The notes under the pieces were generated by a model. That model saw only the letters and a program-made list of their open reading frames with translations, did no database searches and was not told the origin of the DNA. The position numbers and the translations under genes were made by a program. A DNA stretch of 64,000 bases from contig WARW01000002.1 of NCBI GenBank assembly GCA_013387215.1, forward strand, positions 3,659 through 67,658. Direction: 5' to 3'. The number at the start of each line of letters is the position of its first letter. Position 1 is the first letter of the stretch. Below are positions 8,277 to 16,720 of this stretch, one piece after another. This DNA comes from Patescibacteria group bacterium. GTDB lineage: Bacteria > Patescibacteriota > Microgenomatia > UBA12405.

Positions 8277-10311
8277 TTTTGATTTCTTTGTTAATCTGGT
8301 TAATATAGTCTTTAGCTTGAGTATTTTGTGGATTAATTTTTAGGGCAGCATTGAAGTTTTTTAGAGCATTTGAATAATCTTTTTGTTCAAGCTCAATCGC
8401 CCCTAAAGCAAAATAAGCATGGTCGTAATTAGACTTTAAACTGATAGCTTTCTCAAAATATGGAACAGCTTCATTTGAAAGTTTGGCGGCATCCAGAAAT
8501 TGGCCAATTAAATAATATGATTTGGCATCAGTGGGAGCCAGGACGGTGACTTTGGTTAAAGAATTTATGGATTCTTTGAAATATTTAGTGTCGATAGAGG
8601 AAAGATAGTAATACATTTGAGCGCGTTCTTTCCAAAGATTGGTGTTGGCAGGAGAAATATGAACGGCGATGTTGGAATAATTAATGGCCGAATCAATGTA
8701 GTTTCCAGATTTTAATTCATCTTTATTGGAGACAGAAATAATGGCCATTTTAGAAGCTAAAAGCGAGGCCTGGCTGAAATATACCGGTTCGTTTTGGCGA
8801 AAATTCAGTGTATTTTGAATTAATTTGTAGGCAAGCTCATAGTCTTCTTTGGCGTCTGCGGATTGAGATTGGGCATAGGAAATGTCGGCTAAATAATAGA
8901 ATAGAGTTTTTTGAAGTATTAAAATTCCAAAAATAATAATAAAGAAATAGGAGACTTGAGTTAAAAGACGATACCGGGAAATAAAACCTGTCTTTAAGGA
9001 ATTTTTTTCTTTTGGAAGTTTGGGGGTGATGGCCAAAATTGGCAAAAGAAAAAAGAAGATTGAAACCATAACGACCGTAAAACCGGCAATATTGGTAATT
9101 AAAATCGAAAGGTAAGCCGCAAAAACAGCTAAACTTTCGGCAGAATTGGTTTTATCGGTCCAAATTTCCTTAAGCAGGTTAAAAATAACAAAAAGAATGA
9201 CTAGTAGATAAGCAACGAAACCAACAGTGCCAGTGGTGGCAAGATAATTTAGATATTCATTGTGGGCTTTGTTGTAGAGAAAATCCCATTCTGAAGTGAG
9301 GTTGTGTTCAACTGGGCGGGTCCAATAATAAGTGTAGGCAAAAGTTTCAGTGCCAGTGCCAAAGAAAGGAAATTTTTTCCAAAGTTCCAAAGTGCCTTTC
9401 CAAACTATTTTTCGGATATCTTCGGAAGGGGTAATATTTAAAGTTGGACCAGAAACGGCAACTGGTTGGGCTTTGGGCGGGAATATTCGGTCTTTGATGG
9501 GATTATTAAACAAAACTGAAATAAGAGTAATGATAATAAAAAGAGGAATAATGGGTTTTAAATTTGATTTGAGAGATTTGTCTTTGAAAGATTTGAAAAG
9601 ATATAAAACAAAAAAAACAAAAAGAGAAATGATGGCGGCAATAATGCCGGATTTTGATTTAGTAAAAAGAAGACAAAGATAAAAACTGACCGATGCAGAG
9701 GCATAAAGAGCAGCGAGAATATTTTTTTTATTTTTAAAATTAACTAAGAATAAATCAAGGGAAAAAGGCAAAAGAATACACAGGTAAGCAGCTAGCCAAT
9801 TTGGTTGGCCAAGAGTCGAAAAGACACGAGACTGGACATCTTGAACCCACATGTTTTTATCGATGCCAAAATGTTCAGCAATACCAAAGCCGCTAATTAA
9901 AAATCCGGAAAATAAAAATAAATTAATTAAGTGATTTTTGAATTTATCATCAAGATAGACCACTAAAATAAAATACAAAAGAACATAGGAAATAACCGAC
10001 AAAAGACCGCCATTGAGACGGGAGTAATAACCAAAAATCGAAGTGTGAGGATCAACGGAAATAAAAGTAGAAATTGTTTGAGAAATTAAAAACAATAAAA
10101 GCGGAATGTCTAGAATTGTTCTTTTAAATAAGGAAACGCGGCCGCGAAAATAATTAATCAAATGGAGAGAAAGGAGAATAGTGGTGAGTCCATAAACAAA
10201 ATACATTTTGGGCAATTCAAAAAGTTCAGAATTGAAAGAGGTGAAGATTAGCGGGGTGAAGAAAAACAAGGCTAAAAAACAGAGACGAATGACATTAGTA
10301 ATTGATTTCAT
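8266..10311 (-). CDS. O-antigen ligase / O-oligosaccharyltransferase-like membrane protein with C-terminal TPRs
   Basis: Multiple TM helices, STLGQPNWLA, TKSKSG, PFFGTG, KAHNEYL; TPR-like C-terminus. Confidence 0.85.
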   Translation of the reverse strand: MKSITNVIRLCFLALFFFTPLIFTSFNSELFELPKMYFVYGLTTILLSLHLINYFRGRVSLFKRTILDIPLLLFLISQTISTFISVDPHTSIFGYYSRLNGGLLSVISYVLLYFILVVYLDDKFKNHLINLFLFSGFLISGFGIAEHFGIDKNMWVQDVQSRVFSTLGQPNWLAAYLCILLPFSLDLFLVNFKNKKNILAALYASASVSFYLCLLFTKSKSGIIAAIISLFVFFVLYLFKSFKDKSLKSNLKPIIPLFIIITLISVLFNNPIKDRIFPPKAQPVAVSGPTLNITPSEDIRKIVWKGTLELWKKFPFFGTGTETFAYTYYWTRPVEHNLTSEWDFLYNKAHNEYLNYLATTGTVGFVAYLLVILFVIFNLLKEIWTDKTNSAESLAVFAAYLSILITNIAGFTVVMVSIFFFLLPILAITPKLPKEKNSLKTGFISRYRLLTQVSYFFIIIFGILILQKTLFYYLADISYAQSQSADAKEDYELAYKLIQNTLNFRQNEPVYFSQASLLASKMAIISVSNKDELKSGNYIDSAINYSNIAVHISPANTNLWKERAQMYYYLSSIDTKYFKESINSLTKVTVLAPTDAKSYYLIGQFLDAAKLSNEAVPYFEKAISLKSNYDHAYFALGAIELEQKDYSNALKNFNAALKINPQNTQAKDYINQINKEIKTKN

Positions 10312-10350
10312 AGAGATAGTATAACCTGGCTTTTGTTATACTCTTTTACA

Positions 10351-11472
10351 GTGATTAAGTTTCCTTTTGGTTTAAATTCAAAAATAGAAAAATATATTGC
10401 TCCATTCAGTTTGGATATCGGAGTGGATTTGGGCAGCAGTAATTTTTTAATTTTCCTTAAAGATAGGGGAATTATGATAAATGAACCAACAATGCTCGCT
10501 AGAACCAAAAAGAAAAAGTGGAGCGGACTTTCAGCGCCTCAATTAAGTTATTCGGGGCCAATTGCTTACGGAATGAAAGCCAAGGAAATGATTAATCGAG
10601 AACCAAAACAAATTGAGGTGGTGAGCCCGATTAAGAATGGAGTAATTTCTGATTTGGAAGCGGTGGAAAGTTTGATTTCACATTATTTAAAAGTAGTCTA
10701 TGAAATTCCGTCAAAGTACCCGAAAATTTTTAAACCAAGGGTAATTGTAGGAGTGCCAAGCAGCATTAATCAAGTTCAAAAAAGAGCCGTAAAATCGATA
10801 TTTTTAGCATCAGGAGTCAGAGACGTGGTTTTGGTGGAAGAGGCGGTGCTGGCTTCAATTGGGATGGGGTTGCCAATTGATAGTTCGATGGGGTTGGTGG
10901 TGGTCGATATCGGCGGTGGAAAAACAGAAGTGAGTGTGGTTTCAGTTGGCGGAGTGGTAGTGGGAAAAGGAATTAAGACGGCCGGCAATGATTTAGACAC
11001 CAGCATCATTAATTATGTAAAAATGAAATATGGACTTCTGATTGGTCCGAATAGTGCTGAAAAAATTAAGATAGAAGTCGGCAATCTTTCAGATGAGAGC
11101 CAAAAAGAAAAAAAGCTTTCTGTGGTTAGAGGCAGAGATTTGGAAACTGGGTTACCTAAAAGCATTAAAATCGGCGAAAATGAAATTAGAGAAGCAATCA
11201 GCTTGGAAGTGTCCAAAATCGTTAAAATGGTGGGATCGGTTTTAGATGAAACACCGCCAGAATTAATGGAGGATATTTTAAAAAGAGGAATTGCTTTGGT
11301 GGGAAACGGGGCTAAAATGCTGGGATTGGCAAAATTAATTGAAAGAGAAACAAAAATTGCGACGCGGGTGGTGGATGAACCAGGATTGTGCGTGGTTAAA
11401 GGCTGCGGTGAGCTGATTCAAAAACCTGACTTATTGACTCGAGTTAGATTAGTTTCCAATTTTGGCGAATGA
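10351..11472 (+). CDS. mreB: Rod shape-determining protein MreB (divergent)
   Basis: IGVDLGSSN, PIKNGVISD, VVDIGGGKTEV, RGRDLETGLPK; upstream of PBP2. Start approximate. Confidence 0.88.
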   Translation: MIKFPFGLNSKIEKYIAPFSLDIGVDLGSSNFLIFLKDRGIMINEPTMLARTKKKKWSGLSAPQLSYSGPIAYGMKAKEMINREPKQIEVVSPIKNGVISDLEAVESLISHYLKVVYEIPSKYPKIFKPRVIVGVPSSINQVQKRAVKSIFLASGVRDVVLVEEAVLASIGMGLPIDSSMGLVVVDIGGGKTEVSVVSVGGVVVGKGIKTAGNDLDTSIINYVKMKYGLLIGPNSAEKIKIEVGNLSDESQKEKKLSVVRGRDLETGLPKSIKIGENEIREAISLEVSKIVKMVGSVLDETPPELMEDILKRGIALVGNGAKMLGLAKLIERETKIATRVVDEPGLCVVKGCGELIQKPDLLTRVRLVSNFGE

Positions 11473-13118
11473 GACAAATCGATGAAACTTCCTGGAAATA
11501 TTGGCTACTGCGGGGCACACTATTTTTTAGTTTGGCTATTTTAATTTCTAACGTTTTTATTCTGGCGGTCATAAAAAATAAATATTATCAAAACATGGCC
11601 CGGGAAAATAAGGTGGTACAAAATACTTTGCCTGCAGAGAGAGGCCAAATTGTGGATCGAAAAGGCAGAGTTATTGCTAAAAGTGTTTATGAATATTTTA
11701 AAATGGATGGAACCAATAAGGTATATGAGGGTGCTGGTGATTTTCAGGGATATAAGTTTGAAGGCAAGGATTTATTGTTTGATCTGAAACGACAATATCC
11801 TTATGGCGAATCAACATCATTTATTTCCGGTTATGTGGCTAAAGTTAGCGATAGTGATGTGAAATCGGATACCTGCGCCACTAAACTTAGCGCTAATGAA
11901 ATGATTGGCCGCGGCGGAGTGGAAAGTTCAATGGACTGCAGATTGAGAGGCAGTGATGGTTTGAGATTAATGGAAGTAGATGCCAGAGGCAAATATATCC
12001 GCGAATTAGGCCGACAAGAACCAACGACAGGCCAAACTTTAAATTTATCAATTGATGCATATTGGCAGGATAAAATTTATAAATTATTGGATGGCCGAAA
12101 GGCAGTGGTTATTATCAGTGAACCAAAAACAGGAAAAATATTAAATTTAGTTTCCAGTCCAGCTTATGATCCGAATGCTTTTTCATTTCACCAGGATAAT
12201 CAGTTAATCAGCAGTTATTTGGATAACAAAGATGGTTTACCGCTTTTAAATCGAGCCGTTTCGGCTAGGTATGAACCTGGATCGGTTTTTAAAATTGTAA
12301 TGGCAACGGCTGGTTTGGAAAGTGGAGTGATTACAAAAGATTCGACTTATGATGATACGGGAATAATGAAAGTGGGGGATTATAGCTACACAAATTGGCA
12401 GTGGTCAAAGAGTGGAGTGACAAATGGAAATATAAATATTGTGACTGCATTGCAGAAATCAAATGACATATATTTTTATAAATTGGGAGGTGATTTGGGA
12501 GTGGATAGGATTAAAACTTGGATGGATAAATATGGCTATGGAGTCAAAACGGGAATTGAAATACCGGGGGAATTGGATGGAGTGGCACCAGATGAAACTT
12601 GGAAATTAAAAATAAAAGGCGAAAAATGGTATTTAGGTGATACTTATCATTTGTCCATAGGACAGGGAGATATGAGTGTAACGCCATTACAGGTGAATCA
12701 AATGACAGATATTATTGCCAATAAAGGAACTAAATGCAAAATGAGTTTGCTGAAAGATTCAAAACCTGAATGCCATGATCTGGGAATTAAAACTGAAAAC
12801 TGGCAAGCAATAATTGAGGGAATGAGAGCGGCCTGTAAACCAGGTGGAACGGCATGGCCTTTATTTAATTTTAAAACTCAAATTGCCTGCAAAACCGGAA
12901 CTGCGGAAGTGGGTGATGGCAGTAAGGACACTCATGCCTGGCTGACAGCATTTGCTCCGGCTGATAATCCGCAAATAGCGATCACGGTAATGGTGGAAAG
13001 AGGCGGGGAAGGGTCGGATGTGGCTGCTCCAATCGTTGGTGATATTTTAAAGGATTGGTTTGAGGAACCAAATACATTAGTGCCAAGATATAGTAAAAGC
13101 AAATTGAACTCAGAATAA
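11469..13118 (+). CDS. mrdA: Penicillin-binding protein 2 (class B transpeptidase)
   Basis: N-terminal TM; PGSVFK (SxxK), SND (SxN-like), KTGTAE. Confidence 0.9.
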   Translation: MRQIDETSWKYWLLRGTLFFSLAILISNVFILAVIKNKYYQNMARENKVVQNTLPAERGQIVDRKGRVIAKSVYEYFKMDGTNKVYEGAGDFQGYKFEGKDLLFDLKRQYPYGESTSFISGYVAKVSDSDVKSDTCATKLSANEMIGRGGVESSMDCRLRGSDGLRLMEVDARGKYIRELGRQEPTTGQTLNLSIDAYWQDKIYKLLDGRKAVVIISEPKTGKILNLVSSPAYDPNAFSFHQDNQLISSYLDNKDGLPLLNRAVSARYEPGSVFKIVMATAGLESGVITKDSTYDDTGIMKVGDYSYTNWQWSKSGVTNGNINIVTALQKSNDIYFYKLGGDLGVDRIKTWMDKYGYGVKTGIEIPGELDGVAPDETWKLKIKGEKWYLGDTYHLSIGQGDMSVTPLQVNQMTDIIANKGTKCKMSLLKDSKPECHDLGIKTENWQAIIEGMRAACKPGGTAWPLFNFKTQIACKTGTAEVGDGSKDTHAWLTAFAPADNPQIAITVMVERGGEGSDVAAPIVGDILKDWFEEPNTLVPRYSKSKLNSE

Positions 13119-13147
13119 AATAATTGGTGATTTTGATAACATTAATA

Positions 13148-13801
13148 ATGAGTGTGGCCATAAAATTGGAAGATAATCTTTATCCAAAATCATTAAAGAA
13201 TATTTATGATTGCCCTCAGATTATTTATGCCTTGGGTAATGTGAATTTGTTAAAAGAGAAAAAGATTTTAGCAGTAGTGGGAAGCAGAAAAATGAGCCAA
13301 TATGGAAAGGAAATTGTTAAAAAGTTTGTGCCTGAATTAGTTAAAAATAACTGGGTAATAGTGTCGGGAATGGCTTTGGGAATCGATGCAGAAGTGCAAA
13401 AGGTGGTGTTGGAAAATAAAGGCAAAACAATTGCAGTGTTAGCTTCGGGAGTGGATGTGGTTTCGCCCAGATCTAATAAATGGCTTTACGAAAAAATATT
13501 GGAAAACAACGGTTTAATAATTTCAGAATATAAAAACGGAACAGTTCCCAATAGGATAAAGTTCTTAGAAAGAAATAAGATTATTGCCGGGTTGTCTTTG
13601 GGAGTAATGGTAATTGAAGGAGCTTTAAAAAGCGGAACTTTGGTGACAGCAAAATTAGCCTTGGAACAGGGTAGGGAAGTTTTGGCTGTTCCAGGAAGAA
13701 TTGACGAGGAAAATAGTAAGACGCCAAACTTTTTAATAAAAAATGGAGCTAATATAATTACAAATATTGAGGATGTTTGGGAAATTTTTGAAGGTGTATA
13801 A
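13148..13801 (+). CDS. dprA: DNA-processing protein DprA (Rossmann core only)
   Basis: AVVGSR, VSGMALGID, FLERNKIIAGLS, SGTLVTA, AVPG; upstream of topA. Confidence 0.92.
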   Translation: MSVAIKLEDNLYPKSLKNIYDCPQIIYALGNVNLLKEKKILAVVGSRKMSQYGKEIVKKFVPELVKNNWVIVSGMALGIDAEVQKVVLENKGKTIAVLASGVDVVSPRSNKWLYEKILENNGLIISEYKNGTVPNRIKFLERNKIIAGLSLGVMVIEGALKSGTLVTAKLALEQGREVLAVPGRIDEENSKTPNFLIKNGANIITNIEDVWEIFEGV

Positions 13802-13885
13802 TAATAAAGTTCGTAAATTTTTTGAAAATTATCGTATTTGAAACTAAAGTTTTATTGCTTGACAGGGGTGTTACTATAGATAACA

Positions 13886-15877
13886 ATGACTGATATGTCC
13901 AAAAAACTATTAATTGTAGAGTCGCCAACAAAAGCCAAAACTATTGGGAAATATTTGGGAAGTGATTACCAAGTAATTGCCACAGTAGGACATTTGCGCG
14001 ATTTGCCGAGCAATAAAATGGCCGTGGACTTAAAAAAAGATTTTGATGTGGAATATGTGATCGATGAGAAAAAGAAAAGAGTGGTAGATGAATTGGTTAA
14101 AGCTTCAAAAAGTGCCAATCAAATATTATTGGCTTCCGATCCTGACCGTGAGGGAGAAGCTATTGCTTGGCACGTAAAATGGATTTTGCTTAATGCCAAA
14201 AAACCAGTTAAGGAAAATATAATTTCCCGGATTACTTTTCATGAAATTACTAAAGAAGCTGTTGAAGAAGCTTTGAAAAAAAGCCGAGATATAGACATGG
14301 ATTTGGTAAATGCCCAACAAGGCCGAAGAGTTTTGGATAGGGTAGTGGGTTACAGCCTTTCGCCTATTTTATGGAAGAAAGTCCGAAGAGGTTTATCGGC
14401 CGGAAGAGTTCAGTCGGTGGCAGTCAGATTGATCTGTGAAAGAGAAAAAGAAATTCAAAAGTTTTCCAAAGAAAAATATTTTTCAATTTATTCAGAACTT
14501 AAAAAGAGCAATGAAAAATTCAATGCCGAATTAATTAAGGTGGATGGCAAAAGTGTTTATAAGACTGAAAAATTCAATTTGTTTGACGGAGTTTATTCGG
14601 TCACTAAATCTATTTTTGACAGTCAAGAAGAAACAGACAAATATATTTCTGGTTTAGGCAAAGAATTTATGGTGGAAAGCATTTCGGGTCGGGAAGTTAA
14701 CCGGGTTCCATTACCAGCTTTCACCACTTCAAAGCTTCAACAAGCGGCTTCAAGAAAGTTTGGCTGGTCGGGTAAACAGACAATGAGTGTGGCCCAAAAG
14801 CTCTACGAAAAAGGTTTAATTAGTTATCATCGTACCGATTCAGTTTATTTGTCTGACAAAGCAATTGCGGATTTCAGAAAATATTTAGGTAAAGAATATG
14901 GAGCTGAATATGTGTCGACAAAAGTCAGAGTTTATAAAAATAATGCTAAAAATGCCCAGGAAGCTCACGAAGCAATCAGACCAACAAAAGCTGATGTGCC
15001 AACTATTGATGACGGAGATGTTCGGGAAAATAAATTGTATGAATTGATTTGGAAAAGAGCCGTGGCCACTCAAGCCGCTGCTGCTAGAATGAGAAATACT
15101 ACAATTATATTATCCAATGGAACAGGCACTTTTCAATCAAAGGGAGTAAGAATGTTGTTCGATGGTTTCTTGAGAATTACCGGCGAAAAACACGAAGATC
15201 AATTATTGCCAGAATTAATTGAAAAAGAAAAAATCGGCAGCAATAAAATCTGGGCAGTGGAAACAGAAACCAATCCACCCCCAAGATATAGTGATGCTAG
15301 TTTGGTGTCTTCTTTGGAAAAACAGGGGATTGGAAGACCAAGTACCTACGCGCCAATTATTTCAACAATTTTAATGAGACAGTATGTGGAAAGAGACGAA
15401 GGCAGATTTAAACCAACAGCTTTGGGAAATGCCGCTAATGAATTTTTAGTCAAAAACTTTAGTAATATTTTATCTTTGCCGTTTACGGCGGAAATGGAAG
15501 AAGATTTGGATAAAATTTCTTTGGGTAAAAGAGAATGGAAAGAAATGATGAAAAGTTTTTGGAGCAAATTTAAAGATGAAATCAAAACAGCCGAAACTGA
15601 TAGCGAAAGAGTGAAGGTGGAGACCGAAAAATTAGGCGAAAAGTGTCCAGAGTGCGGCGAGGGTGAGCTAGTGGTCAGATTGGGACGTTTTGGAAAATTC
15701 ATTTCCTGCGACCGTTTTCCAGATTGTAAATATACCCGTCAATACCAAGAAGTGGCTGGATTTAAGTGTCCAGAATGCGGTTCTGAAGGTGTAGTCAAAC
15801 GAACTAAAACAGGCAGAAAATTTTATGGCTGTTCTAACTATCCTAACTGTAAATGGGCGGGATGGAAAAAGCCGTAA
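13886..15877 (+). CDS. topA: DNA topoisomerase I
   Basis: IVESPTKAK, DPDREGE, SAGRVQS, YHRTDS, C-terminal Zn ribbons. Confidence 0.97.
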   Translation: MTDMSKKLLIVESPTKAKTIGKYLGSDYQVIATVGHLRDLPSNKMAVDLKKDFDVEYVIDEKKKRVVDELVKASKSANQILLASDPDREGEAIAWHVKWILLNAKKPVKENIISRITFHEITKEAVEEALKKSRDIDMDLVNAQQGRRVLDRVVGYSLSPILWKKVRRGLSAGRVQSVAVRLICEREKEIQKFSKEKYFSIYSELKKSNEKFNAELIKVDGKSVYKTEKFNLFDGVYSVTKSIFDSQEETDKYISGLGKEFMVESISGREVNRVPLPAFTTSKLQQAASRKFGWSGKQTMSVAQKLYEKGLISYHRTDSVYLSDKAIADFRKYLGKEYGAEYVSTKVRVYKNNAKNAQEAHEAIRPTKADVPTIDDGDVRENKLYELIWKRAVATQAAAARMRNTTIILSNGTGTFQSKGVRMLFDGFLRITGEKHEDQLLPELIEKEKIGSNKIWAVETETNPPPRYSDASLVSSLEKQGIGRPSTYAPIISTILMRQYVERDEGRFKPTALGNAANEFLVKNFSNILSLPFTAEMEEDLDKISLGKREWKEMMKSFWSKFKDEIKTAETDSERVKVETEKLGEKCPECGEGELVVRLGRFGKFISCDRFPDCKYTRQYQEVAGFKCPECGSEGVVKRTKTGRKFYGCSNYPNCKWAGWKKP

Positions 15878-15897
15878 ATAAATTTTAAAAGAATAGT

Positions 15898-15932
15898 GCC
15901 TGGAGGTGGAAATTTTTTTTCTGACTCCAGGC
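15898..15932. terminator. Hairpin terminator, probably bidirectional
   Basis: GCCTGGAG...CTCCAGGC stem followed by GTTTTT. Confidence 0.6.
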
Positions 15933-15975
15933 GTTTTTAGGATATTTACAGGAAGTTTTTTGTATTAAGGTAATT

Positions 15976-16266
15976 TTAATCTAATATGAGAGACATATTA
16001 GTATCTACAGGTTTGTCGTCATTTTGAAGGCAGAATTTTATTTTTGTGAATTCTTCTAAGGTCGATAGCAGCGATTTAAATTCTCTATCGCGTGCACATA
16101 TACCTATGTTTCCAAAATAGAAATAGCGTATGCCATCTCCATAAAGACTATTAGTGAATTTTTCTAAAGACTGTTCCAATTTTTGAGCTTCATCTTCCGA
16201 TGAAATATCGTAGGTATACAAATAGGTTTGGCGCCGTGCATAATATACCGCTACACGTACTTTCAC
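15976..16266 (-). CDS. Orphan hypothetical protein (~96 aa)
   Basis: ORF 15976..16275; GTG 16266 follows SD AAAGGAG. Confidence 0.6.
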   Translation of the reverse strand: MKVRVAVYYARRQTYLYTYDISSEDEAQKLEQSLEKFTNSLYGDGIRYFYFGNIGICARDREFKSLLSTLEEFTKIKFCLQNDDKPVDTNMSLILD

Positions 16267-16397
16267 TCTAACCAACTCCTTTCTTGGATTATTGGAAAAA
16301 CTTTCTGTAAATTTTAAAAAGAACTAAGACTAAAAAATAACGCTGTTGTTTTTTAAAGTTGCTTGATTTTACTATAAAAGATCGGAAAAAGCCGTAA

Positions 16398-16583
16398 TTA
16401 TTTTTTATTGCGTTGTAAACTTAATTCGTCTTCAAAAATCTTTTTCTCTAATTCTTTAATATCAATAGAAGGTCCTAGAGATTCTAATTGTTTTTCTCGA
16501 CATGAACTAAATGATTGACAGCCCACACAATTTTCAATTGGACAAATATCTGGTCGGCCAGGGATGATTTCAGGATTAGTCAT
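16398..16583 (-). CDS. Small Cys-containing hypothetical protein
   Basis: 61-aa ORF with CPIENCVGC...C cluster. Confidence 0.5.
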   Translation of the reverse strand: MTNPEIIPGRPDICPIENCVGCQSFSSCREKQLESLGPSIDIKELEKKIFEDELSLQRNKK

Positions 16584-16720
16584 TTTTTTAAGGGGAAATT
16601 TTAATTAACAAAATTATAAAAAGCACAATCGATCGATTCAATGAATATCATTAGAAAATTTTGGGTGCTACAATTAAATATTGCTGTAATTTTAGGTAAT
16701 AAATGTAAACTAGAATACAA

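Larger units (their letters stand above)
15864..16397. repeat. 14-bp direct repeat GGAAAAAGCCGTAA (15864-15877 and 16384-16397) flanking a single-gene insertion
   Basis: First copy is the last 14 nt of topA; second abuts the stop codon of the convergent 16398-16583 gene. Confidence 0.75.
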
